A DNA stretch of 64,000 nt from the IMG/VR virus record IMGVR_UViG_2061766007_004155; one strand, 5' to 3'. Origin of the DNA: an uncultured virus (IMG/VR IMGVR_UViG_2061766007_004155) (taxonomy: Duplodnaviria > Heunggongvirae > Uroviricota > Caudoviricetes). Made by a program: the position numbers and the translations under genes. Below, in pieces: positions 43,746-52,023 of this stretch; position 1 is the stretch's first letter, and each line of letters opens with the position of its first letter. The notes below the pieces were generated by a model. The model had not been told where the DNA came from. It made no database searches and worked only from the letters and a program-made list of their open reading frames with translations.

Positions 43746-44027
43746 ATGAGTATGGACTTAAAACCTTATATATTGCTTAAAAATAAAGTAAATCAATCTG
43801 CGGAAGCGATATCTGCCATTGAAACTGCTCTTGAAACGTACCCATCAGGATTCTCATATAAAGGCGACGTCGCGTCTGTCAACGATCTTCCTTCTTCTGG
43901 GAACGAAAAAGGGGATTTGTATGTGGTCACAGGAGAAGATAACGCTGAATATATTTGGAATGGTACGACGTGGGTAGCAAGATTTATCGCGATAACGAAT
44001 GAGCAGATTGACAGTTTGTATTCGTAA
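43746..44027 (+). CDS. Small tail-associated protein
   Basis: YKGDVASVNDLPSSGNEKGDLYVV...YIWNGTTW; ITNEQIDSLY. Confidence 0.65.
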   Translation: MSMDLKPYILLKNKVNQSAEAISAIETALETYPSGFSYKGDVASVNDLPSSGNEKGDLYVVTGEDNAEYIWNGTTWVARFIAITNEQIDSLYS

Positions 44028-44042
44028 TAAGGGGGGATAATT

Positions 44043-44339
44043 ATGGCATATTTAGATTATGAAGGTCTTCAGCATTATAAAAAGACAGAGAACGGTCAGA
44101 TCGCTCCTGTCGAGGAATTGACTACTGCTTCACAGGCCTATGCTGTTGGAGAATACTTTTGGTACGAAGGTAATTTCTGCAAAGCGCTAACACCTATTGC
44201 ACAAGGAGATGAGTTTGTGCAAAACACGAACTTCACAGTAGATAAGATGGGGAAAGACCTATATGAAGTTAAATCAAACTTCGATTCGTTAGGGCTGTCC
44301 GTAATCGACGGGAAAATTAATATAACCTATACTATATAA
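44043..44339 (+). CDS. Small tail-associated protein
   Basis: MAYLDYEGLQHY; AYAVGEYFWYEG; C-terminal LGLSVIDGKINITY. Confidence 0.6.
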   Translation: MAYLDYEGLQHYKKTENGQIAPVEELTTASQAYAVGEYFWYEGNFCKALTPIAQGDEFVQNTNFTVDKMGKDLYEVKSNFDSLGLSVIDGKINITYTI

Positions 44340-44352
44340 GGAGAATTAAATT

Positions 44353-45606
44353 ATGAGTATTGTTACTGATCCTATTATTTTGGACTCTACAGGGCATCTT
44401 ATTGTTGAAGGATTGGCAAGGCAAAATCTGCTTTTGAGCCAAATGGTAAGCGCCAACGCGCAAGCAACGCCTGTTGCTACACTTAACGAAATACATCAGA
44501 TCGTTCAAGCAGGAGAAGCGCAGAATGTGTTCTCTATTGGCGATCAGATAATGCTGAATTGGAGCGACGGTACAACAAGTTATGTTCTCCCTTATGATAT
44601 TGTGCATTTTGGAGATGTAGAACTGCAAGATGGGGAAACAGTTCCAGGTATGTTTATTCAAAGCCACTATGCTATGCAAGGCGTACAGTTTGATGCATCG
44701 GAAGCAATTTACGTTGCTACATCGGCTCTACCGGCAGGAACATACTATTTCACAATTGGAACATCATGGGGTACACATTGCGTTTCTGGTAAGACTTATC
44801 AGTTTACAACTACAAAAGAAATCCCTGTTGGTGGGCAGATTATGGTCGGCAAAAACAACGATTGGTGGACATGGGGTGCGCCTGATGTTGCACCATCAAG
44901 TTGGCGTGTACATACATTCTCATCTAATGCAGACACGACTCCACTTGAATCAAATCTGGCTCTGACGGAGGGGAGCAGTGGAACTGCTCTCGGTTCTGTA
45001 GCATCAAGTATCAAATACAGTCAAAGCGGTGTTAACAACTTGCAGAGAGCTGCTTATGGATACAACCGTTGGGGGCAGTCCGCAAATCGTCAGTATTACA
45101 ACAGCACAGCAACCTCCGGTGCATGGTGGACTCCGCAAAACCCATTTGACAGATCACCGCAACAGCTTGCTAATGTCCGTGGGTTTATGGCTGGGTTTGA
45201 CGAAGCATTTCTCAACATAATCAAACCTATAAAAGTTACTACGGCGCTGAATACTGTTACAGACACAGATATTGGAGCAAGTGAAACGACATACGATACG
45301 TTCTTCCTTGCGGCGCTTGAACAGGAATATATTGTGCCACAGGCAAGCGGAGAAGGCGTGTATTGGGAGTATTGGAAGCAGAGACTCGGACTTTCTTCTC
45401 CACAGGCACAAGGTTCGGATGGTACTAATGCCAAGCATATCAGGTACGCATACGATGCAAAGACCTCTGCTCAGTATTGCCGTTTGCGTTCTGCGTTTCG
45501 TGGCAATGCGTGCCATACGTGGCATGTCAACACCGCAGGCAGCGCCGGCACCGGCCACGGCGCCACGTACGCGTTTCGGGGCTGTCCGGCTTGCGTAATC
45601 TGCTAA
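44353..45606 (+). CDS. DGR target protein (putative receptor-binding protein, C-terminal variable CLec-like domain)
   Basis: 3' end matches TR; ends RLRSA...GCPACVIC. Confidence 0.9.
   Translation: MSIVTDPIILDSTGHLIVEGLARQNLLLSQMVSANAQATPVATLNEIHQIVQAGEAQNVFSIGDQIMLNWSDGTTSYVLPYDIVHFGDVELQDGETVPGMFIQSHYAMQGVQFDASEAIYVATSALPAGTYYFTIGTSWGTHCVSGKTYQFTTTKEIPVGGQIMVGKNNDWWTWGAPDVAPSSWRVHTFSSNADTTPLESNLALTEGSSGTALGSVASSIKYSQSGVNNLQRAAYGYNRWGQSANRQYYNSTATSGAWWTPQNPFDRSPQQLANVRGFMAGFDEAFLNIIKPIKVTTALNTVTDTDIGASETTYDTFFLAALEQEYIVPQASGEGVYWEYWKQRLGLSSPQAQGSDGTNAKHIRYAYDAKTSAQYCRLRSAFRGNACHTWHVNTAGSAGTGHGATYAFRGCPACVIC
45465..45593 (+). repeat. DGR variable repeat (VR)
   Basis: Aligns to 46124-46249 with substitutions only opposite TR adenines, plus one extra codon. 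Confidence 0.95.
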
Positions 45607-45617
45607 TCGTATAATCA

Positions 45618-45635
45618 GGGGGTCGCAAGACCCCC
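45618..45635 (+). promoter_or_regulatory. DGR target-recognition hairpin downstream of VR/IMH
   Basis: GGGGGTC-GCAA-GACCCCC, perfect 7-bp GC-rich stem with a 4-nt loop. Confidence 0.8.
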
Positions 45636-45683
45636 AATAAAAGAAAAATAAAATTTGTCATAACACATCAAGGAATATTGTTT

Positions 45684-46064
45684 ATGTCAGTTCCTGTCAA
45701 CAAAAGAACTCACGGAAAACTTGAAGCATATACAAAGGCTTTTGAGCTTGCCACCTATACGCTGAGAATCACAAAAAATAAAAAAGTATTTTCAGAAGAA
45801 TATCAGGAATGTCTAACAGACAAAATTATAGATGCTGCATTGGACATTTATATGCTTGTAGGATCAGCAAATGATGTTTCTGTTAGGTCTGAAAAAGACT
45901 ATCAAAATTTTGTAGATAGATGCGATATGCAAAGAGTGGCGCATAGAAGATGCGGTGATTTAAAGAAATTTATAACACTCGCAAAGCCGATTTTCCATTT
46001 GTCTTCAAAGCGCGTGAAGTATTGGACAGAACTGACGAAAGAAACACAGTGTCTCATTAAATAG
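45684..46064 (+). CDS. avd: Avd-like DGR accessory protein (TAG at 46062 may be premature)
   Basis: ~125-aa basic helical ORF between VR and TR; frame continues past TAG as WMDSDIKRF. Confidence 0.75.
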   Translation: MSVPVNKRTHGKLEAYTKAFELATYTLRITKNKKVFSEEYQECLTDKIIDAALDIYMLVGSANDVSVRSEKDYQNFVDRCDMQRVAHRRCGDLKKFITLAKPIFHLSSKRVKYWTELTKETQCLIK

Positions 46065-46123
46065 TGGATGGACTCAGATATAAAGAGGTTTTCGCGGTTT
46101 TTTGAAGATAAGCAGGGTGTAGG

Positions 46124-46249
46124 CTAAGCTCAGAATTGCCGTTTGCGTTCTGCGAATCGTGGCAATGCGTACAATACGTGGAATGTCAACACCACAGGCA
46201 ACGCCAACAACAACAACGCCACGAACGCGAATCGGGGCTGTCCGGATTG
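46124..46249 (+). ncRNA. DGR template repeat (TR)
   Basis: AAC/AAT-rich copy of VR located between avd and RT. Confidence 0.95.
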
Positions 46250-46389
46250 TGCCAGCAAAGGTTATAAGTTTTCTGCACAGCAGAAGAACACCAAAAAGCC
46301 TGACGCAAGGAGCTGAATCCCTTTCCGAACGGATAAACAACTAATCTATGATGCGGATGACTTTGAAAGGAGCCAGCTCCGCTATAAAC

Positions 46390-47427
46390 ATGGATACCTC
46401 TTTTGATATCGAAAAAGTAATAGGATTTGACGCGTTATATGCCTCTATGTGGAAATGCAAGAAAGGCGTTATGTGGAAAGATAGCACAGCCTCCTATGTG
46501 TTGAATGGAATTGAAAGAACCGCTAACCTTGAAGAGCAGTTAAAAAACGGAACTTATAAGGCAAGACCTACTGTTAATTTCCGCATCCATGCTCCAAAAC
46601 CAAGGGATATAGCAAGTATCACATTTAGAGATAGAGTATATCAACGTAGCTTGAACGACAATGCAGTTTATCCTATTATGAGCAAATCATTTATTCTCGA
46701 CAATTATGCTTGTCAGAAGCATAAGGGAACAGATGCGGCGAGAAAGAGGCTAAAAGAATTTTTGCATAGATACTACAGAAGACATGGGGATGTTGGATAT
46801 GTTGCGCAATTCGACATACATGGTTATTACCCCAATATGCCACATGCAATGACGGAATCATTATTCCGTGAAAAATTACCACCTGAGATTGCGGAAAGAG
46901 TCATTGAAATATTAAATAATCAATACGATGGTGACAATGGATACAATCCGGGTAGCCAACTTATCCAAATAGCAGGTATTTCTGTATTAGACAAGTTTGA
47001 CCACTATGTAAAAGAACAACTTCATGCGAAATACTATATCCGGTATATGGATGATTTTCTAATAATATCAGATGATAAAGAGTATTTATCTTACTGCATG
47101 GAAAAGATGACAACGTTTCTTGCTTCTATGGAATTTGAGATGAATACAAAGAAAACAAGAATATATCCACTGACAGAAGGAATAGAGTTTCTTGGGTTTA
47201 TATATCACCTTACCAATACAGGGAAAGTGATAATGATTGTTCGACCTGAAAATGTCAAACGTGAGAGGAAAAAACTGCGTAGACTTGTTGCAAGGTCTAA
47301 AAAAGGGAGTATTCCAAAGGATAAGGTGGATGAATCCTATGCTGCTTGGCGTAACCATGCAAGCAAAGGAAATTCATATAAGCTTTTGCAACGAATGGAC
47401 GAATATTATAAAAATTTATGGGGGTAA
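46390..47427 (+). CDS. DGR reverse transcriptase
   Basis: FRDRVYQR, QFDIHGYY, RYMDDF, IEFLGF; motif-4 region GYNPGSQLIQ; start uncertain (46348 or 46390). Confidence 0.95.
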   Translation: MDTSFDIEKVIGFDALYASMWKCKKGVMWKDSTASYVLNGIERTANLEEQLKNGTYKARPTVNFRIHAPKPRDIASITFRDRVYQRSLNDNAVYPIMSKSFILDNYACQKHKGTDAARKRLKEFLHRYYRRHGDVGYVAQFDIHGYYPNMPHAMTESLFREKLPPEIAERVIEILNNQYDGDNGYNPGSQLIQIAGISVLDKFDHYVKEQLHAKYYIRYMDDFLIISDDKEYLSYCMEKMTTFLASMEFEMNTKKTRIYPLTEGIEFLGFIYHLTNTGKVIMIVRPENVKRERKKLRRLVARSKKGSIPKDKVDESYAAWRNHASKGNSYKLLQRMDEYYKNLWG

Positions 47428-47432
47428 AAAAT

Positions 47433-47597
47433 ATGTTACTCAAGCGCAGGAGATTAGACTTGTCCGACTTGGCAGATTTGGAAAATGCAGAAGCAATAGC
47501 TGCAAAGAATGCTGCGAACATAGATTATATTGCTATGATGGCAGATATTGAAATTCCTACAGAGGAGGGTATTGATAATGCACAGCCCGAAGTTTGA
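47433..47597 (+). CDS. Small phage protein (54 aa, not in ORF track)
   Basis: MLLKRRRL...ANIDYIAMMADIEIP; precedes the XkdX-like gene. Confidence 0.6.
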   Translation: MLLKRRRLDLSDLADLENAEAIAAKNAANIDYIAMMADIEIPTEEGIDNAQPEV

Positions 47598-47718
47598 TAA
47601 AGTGAAGCGCTATTATGATAGCGGACTTTGGAATAAAGCTATGGTACGCAATGCTGTAGCAAAAGGATGGATTACTGCATCTGAATATGAAGAAATTACT
47701 AACGAGGTATATGAATGA
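47578..47718 (+). CDS. XkdX-family protein
   Basis: FDKVKRYYDSGLWNKAMVRNAVAKGWITASEYEEIT. Confidence 0.85.
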   Translation: MHSPKFDKVKRYYDSGLWNKAMVRNAVAKGWITASEYEEITNEVYE

Positions 47719-47918
47719 AATCGTTAGTAACTCTTGACAGTAAAGAGTTGAGAGCGATAGTAGCGAAAGCACTTCGCATTCCTATTGAGAAAGTCATACA
47801 GCAACGATATAGCATCGCAATTGAAGGATTTACAACAGAGCAAGTTGCTAAGATGCTTAACGAGATAGGAATACAATTTGATGAGTAGTCTGCCAGACAT
47901 TTGTAGCGGTTGAATTGA

Positions 47919-47992
47919 AGTGCTGTGGTGTAACGGTAGCACATGAGTTTTTGACACTCACGGAATAGGTTCAACTCCTATCAGCACCGCCA
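47919..47992 (+). tRNA. tRNA-Gln(TTG), phage-encoded, CCA encoded
   Basis: Cloverleaf: GTGCTG/CAGCAC acceptor, TGAGT-TT TTG AC-ACTCA anticodon arm, ATAGG-TTCAACT-CCTAT T arm. Confidence 0.9.
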
Positions 47993-48159
47993 ATTCAGAA
48001 AGAGAAGCACTATGAAACCGTATGATTTTCAAGAAGCATATGAATTGTTTGTCACTTTATGCAAAGAGTATGGTGTAAAAGTGGAAAATGGAACAGGGAA
48101 GATAATCAGAGATGGGAAACCGTTTGATATTCTTTCCGAAATCCAAAAATAATAATAGG

Positions 48160-48415
48160 AACATTAACAACTACGGTATTCGATGGCGTTAATGCTTGGT
48201 AAGCGAGGCGAAGCCTTTGTATCAAAAACTGTTGGAGAATGTTAAATCCTGCCAAGTCAACGGTATTGTGGTTGTTAATATTGTATATCTTGCATCTTGC
48301 TAAGTGGGCTGATAAGAGATTCAGAATCCAGATGCTTGATGCGTAATAGTAAATGGCACAGCCGCCCGAAGTCCTTAGTGCCACTAAGGGGAATAGTAGG
48401 ACGGCTCTGCCACAT
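48160..48415 (+). ncRNA. Candidate structured non-coding RNA (unassigned)
   Basis: 18-bp stem 48163-80/48262-79 with five G-U pairs; further stems GCATCT/AGATGC and TGGCA-AGCCG/CGGCT-TGCCA. Confidence 0.55.
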
Positions 48416-48432
48416 AAACAAGAGGTACTATT

Positions 48433-49137
48433 ATGATTTTTAACGTAGGGCCAAGTGGAAGTAGAAGTATAGAAATCATAGCAAATGGAACTTCATATAG
48501 ATATATAGGAACTGAAATCAGCAACGAATATTTTAAGATTTCACCTGATGGAGATATGGGGTGGAAGCTTTGGATATACGCCACGGTTGATATTAAGTTT
48601 CATTATTTAGTTAATGTAGACATTTTCGCTGTAGGAAAAGGCGGTAATGGGGCAGCAGCTGGCGGTAGTTTTGAGTACGGATATTATGCAGGAGGCGGTG
48701 GAAGCGGAGGCACAGTTGTTACCGTGAGAAACGTTTCTGTAAATATCGCAAGTGCTTATTCTGTCGTTGTAGGAAACGATGCTACTACAATAGCTGACCT
48801 TGGGATTTCCGCTCCAAGAGGGGGAAACGCAAACGGCAGAAGTGGCGGTACAGCAACTGGCACAAGCGCATGGGGTGGTGGAGGACGATACATCAACGAC
48901 CACACTTATCCTGCAACGAACCTACCGCCAGACTCAGGCGGAGGCGGATATTATGCATTCGGAGAATCTTCCTTTGACGGTATTCAATATGCGAACGGCG
49001 GTGGTGGCGGAGACAGAACGCCTGAAAGCCGTGGCAGAGTATATACCTCAAGAGGTTCTGGAGGAGCAGGAGGATGTTCAGGCGTCGGGCCAACAGGCGG
49101 AATAGATGGCATTGTCTGCATGAGGAATGCATCATGA
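48433..49137 (+). CDS. Glycine-rich domain virion protein
   Basis: VDIFAVGKGGNG...AGGGGSGG...GGIDGIVCMR. Confidence 0.7.
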   Translation: MIFNVGPSGSRSIEIIANGTSYRYIGTEISNEYFKISPDGDMGWKLWIYATVDIKFHYLVNVDIFAVGKGGNGAAAGGSFEYGYYAGGGGSGGTVVTVRNVSVNIASAYSVVVGNDATTIADLGISAPRGGNANGRSGGTATGTSAWGGGGRYINDHTYPATNLPPDSGGGGYYAFGESSFDGIQYANGGGGGDRTPESRGRVYTSRGSGGAGGCSGVGPTGGIDGIVCMRNAS

Positions 49138-49312
49138 TAGAAGTCCCTATTATTTATATCCCAATAAGCATAGTTTTACACGTTTTTGAAATGGCAGGAT
49201 TGTTATTTCTTCTTATAAAAGAGGTATTAGACAATGATTACCGAAGATGAGTTAGAACGAATGGTTAATGAGATGATTGAAGAACAGCGTAAGCTAAAGG
49301 AGAATGAACCTG

Positions 49313-50005
49313 ATGAGTGAACGCGTTGAAGATTCGTCGAAAAAATATACAGTATACGTTCACACCACTCCAGACGGGAAAAAGTATGTTGGAACAACAA
49401 GCAAAGGCTGTGAAGAACGATGGCATAGTGGATGGGGATATCATTCTCAAAAATTTTTTAAAGCCATTAAGGAATATGGATGGAACAATATTGAACATGA
49501 AATTGTTTTAAGCGGATTAAATGAAGAAGATGCTTACAAAGTCGAAAAAGTTCTTATTTGGTTTTTACACACAACGGATGAAAAATTTGGATATAATCGA
49601 TCAATTGGTGGGAAATTTGGAGGAACAGGAGTAGAAGCCCCACAATATATTAGAGATTTAAGAAGCAAACTAATGAATGAAAACAACCCGTTTAAAGGGA
49701 AACATCATTCAGAAGAAACAAAAAGAAAAATTTCAGAAGCAATGATTGGCAAATATTGTGGCGTTAACTCTTCTAGATATGGAGATAAAGATACTCCAGA
49801 GCAAATCGAAAGAAAGCGTATTTTAAAAAGCAAGCCGATTGATATGTATGACAAAAATGGGAATTATATAAAATCTTTTTTAAATTCCTTGGAAGCCGAA
49901 AAAGAAACAGGATGTAATCATTCAAACATAACACGTGTCTGCAAACGAAAAGCCAAAACAATTCATGGATATATTTTCCGATACAAGGGGGATAGCGTAG
50001 CATGA
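49313..50005 (+). CDS. GIY-YIG homing endonuclease with NUMOD3/NUMOD1-type C-terminus
   Basis: TVYVH...KYVGTT, GYN, GKHHSEETKRKIS, SLEAEKETG...ITRVCK. Confidence 0.88.
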   Translation: MSERVEDSSKKYTVYVHTTPDGKKYVGTTSKGCEERWHSGWGYHSQKFFKAIKEYGWNNIEHEIVLSGLNEEDAYKVEKVLIWFLHTTDEKFGYNRSIGGKFGGTGVEAPQYIRDLRSKLMNENNPFKGKHHSEETKRKISEAMIGKYCGVNSSRYGDKDTPEQIERKRILKSKPIDMYDKNGNYIKSFLNSLEAEKETGCNHSNITRVCKRKAKTIHGYIFRYKGDSVA

Positions 50006-50814
50006 GTGAGTTGTCATTTTGGAACAAGCTAAGAGCAAAAGGGCTGTCTGAAAAAGCTACTGCGGCGGNNNNNNNNNNNNNNNNNNNNNNNNNNNNNGGT
50101 GATTTTTCGGATGGATGGGTAAGATCAATAGAATATACCGCGAGAGTAGATAGCGGTGAAATCAGCAGGGAACAGTTTATATATAATGGGCCCGGCGGAG
50201 GCGGTTATGGCGCAGCGCAGTGGACTTTTTGGTCAAGAAAGCAAGGGCTGTATGACTTTGCCAAGGAGAAAGGAACTTCTATAGGCGATGAGCAGACTGC
50301 TGTTGATTGGTTTTTTGAAGAAGTTCAGCAGGGAGAATATAGAAAAACTTGGGATGCTTTGATGGCTGACGGGACAATCTATGATATGACAACCGTAATG
50401 CTGAGAAACTATGAAAAACCTTTTGACCAATCGGATTCTGAAGCTACGTTAAGAACAGGCATAGCGTGGGGAATATACAACAAGTATTCAGGAACGCCCG
50501 AACCGTCTCCTGAACCTACCCCTGAACCACAGCCAACTCCCGAACCAACCCCAAAACCGATAGATACATCAGAGGTCACAATCCAGACATTGATGATAGG
50601 GGATAGAGACACATATAAAGGCGGAGACAAAGGCGTAGCTGTAGCGATGCTCCAAATGGGTTTGAAAAAGAACGGGTTTAGCCTTGGCTTATGGGGTGTT
50701 GACGGAGATTTCGGAGATACAACGCAGAAAGCAGTAAAGGCATTCCAAAGTGAATGTAATTTAGCGGTTGACGGAATTGTTGGACACGACACGTGGCAAG
50801 TATTATTTCAATGA
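50002..50814 (+). CDS. Endolysin: lysozyme-like domain, Pro-rich linker, peptidoglycan-binding domain
   Basis: GYGAAQWT...RK; YEKP; (PEPT)n linker; VDGDFGDTTQKAVKAFQ...VDGIVG..TW. Confidence 0.88.
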   Translation: MSELSFWNKLRAKGLSEKATAAXXXXXXXXXXGDFSDGWVRSIEYTARVDSGEISREQFIYNGPGGGGYGAAQWTFWSRKQGLYDFAKEKGTSIGDEQTAVDWFFEEVQQGEYRKTWDALMADGTIYDMTTVMLRNYEKPFDQSDSEATLRTGIAWGIYNKYSGTPEPSPEPTPEPQPTPEPTPKPIDTSEVTIQTLMIGDRDTYKGGDKGVAVAMLQMGLKKNGFSLGLWGVDGDFGDTTQKAVKAFQSECNLAVDGIVGHDTWQVLFQ

Positions 50815-50823
50815 GGTAGTAAT

Positions 50824-51060
50824 ATGGAAGACGACGAGCTGAAGTATTTACAAAGACGGATTGACGAGTTGCAGGAGCAACTTGACGAACTCAAAGAACA
50901 GCACGAAAACGATGACGACGCAATAGAAAATGAGTTTGAACTTGTTTGGGACAGCATTAATGAGCTTCAGGGAGTTGACCCTGAAAAAATAGGCGAACCG
51001 ATTGAGGACAAAAAGCATTCTATTTTTAACAAGGCAAGGAAATATTTCACGGCAAAGTAG
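50824..51060 (+). CDS. Acidic coiled-coil hypothetical protein
   Basis: 78-aa ORF in the lysis cassette. Confidence 0.5.
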   Translation: MEDDELKYLQRRIDELQEQLDELKEQHENDDDAIENEFELVWDSINELQGVDPEKIGEPIEDKKHSIFNKARKYFTAK

Positions 51061-51558
51061 GTGATACCATTGGACAAGTTGAGTTTTTGGTTAGGCATAA
51101 TTCAGTATGGGGCGGCTGTGCTTATTGCATCAGTCCCGATTATTACAACGATTATCACGAACAGGAAGAAGACCGTAGACAAATTGGATGAGTTAAAGAC
51201 AGAACTCAAAGCGGACATTAAAGCCACAAATGATGATGTGGAATTGGTTAAAAAATCTTTCGCTGAACACATAAAAGATAACGAAGAAGACCAAGCAAAA
51301 CAGGCAAGGCGTAGAATTCTTCGGTTCTATGATGAGTTGTGTGAGGGGAGGGAACACTCAGAAAGTCACTTCGAGGATATATTGGACGATATCGATTTTT
51401 ATAAGTCGTACTGCTTACATAACCCTGACTTCAAGAACAGCCGGGGGGAAAGCGCGATGGATCACATCCAGGAGACGTACAAGCGCTTGAAAGCGAAGGG
51501 TGGGTTTCTCACTTACAAAGGCGGAAAACACACTCCAAAAGCTACACAGACAGCTTAA
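51061..51558 (+). CDS. Membrane-anchored lysis-region protein
   Basis: One TM helix; ARRRILRFYDE...HSESHFEDIL motif. Confidence 0.6.
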   Translation: MIPLDKLSFWLGIIQYGAAVLIASVPIITTIITNRKKTVDKLDELKTELKADIKATNDDVELVKKSFAEHIKDNEEDQAKQARRRILRFYDELCEGREHSESHFEDILDDIDFYKSYCLHNPDFKNSRGESAMDHIQETYKRLKAKGGFLTYKGGKHTPKATQTA

Positions 51559-51585
51559 AACACAAATTAAAGAGAAGGGTATAGT

Positions 51586-51921
51586 ATGAATACATTTTTT
51601 AGTCAGTATCTTACGCAGATTATAGTAATTATTGTTGTTGCAATCGCCACTTGGCTTGGAACTCAGGCTAAGAACCTTTACAAGAAATATATTACTACCG
51701 AAATCAAACAGTCTGTAGCACGTACAGTAGTTAGATTTGTAGAACAGGTTTATGTTGATATCCACGGTGCAGAAAAGCTTGAGAAAGCAATGGAAAAAGC
51801 ATCTGTGATTCTTTCCGAATATGGAATTTTAATCGGCAAGGAAGAACTTGTTGCTCTGATTGAAGCGGCTGTAAACGAATTTAATAATGCTTTTGGCAAG
51901 GAAGTTGCTAAAGCAGAATAA
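51586..51921 (+). CDS. Holin (LL-H-like)
   Basis: N-terminal TM helix; VRFVEQVY...GAEKLEKA...LIEAAVNEFN. Confidence 0.8.
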   Translation: MNTFFSQYLTQIIVIIVVAIATWLGTQAKNLYKKYITTEIKQSVARTVVRFVEQVYVDIHGAEKLEKAMEKASVILSEYGILIGKEELVALIEAAVNEFNNAFGKEVAKAE

Positions 51922-51933
51922 CCCATAAAATAG

Positions 51934-51970
51934 AAAAAGCCCCGACTTTATTTGTCGGGGTCTTTTTTAT
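51934..51970. terminator. Bidirectional terminator between converging arms
   Basis: AAAAAGCCCCGAC...GTCGGGGTCTTTTTT. Confidence 0.8.
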
Positions 51971-52023
51971 TTTTGCGCTTAAACCACGGTTCACCGTCAA
52001 TTTCACAAGCCCACGGAATTACA

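Noticed and set aside
46159..46344. ORFs over TR and alternative frames over VR (e.g. 45272-45598)
   Set aside because: Shadow ORFs of the repeats; TR functions as RNA
46348..47427. Group II intron, retron or Abi RT
   Set aside because: Short RT with no maturase or endonuclease extension, adjacent to an A-variable TR/VR pair and avd
19039..47992. Genome-wide stop-codon reassignment or suppressor tRNA
   Set aside because: The internal stops differ (TGA in terL, TAG in avd), long genes are otherwise open in code 11, and the tRNA anticodon is TTG rather than CTA or TCA
50497..50560. Tandem repeat in endolysin
   Set aside because: Ordinary Pro/Glu/Thr interdomain linker
37974..50814. Second DGR target
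   Set aside because: No other TR-like segment found by eye in the tail region; a BLAST of TR against the whole genome would be decisive
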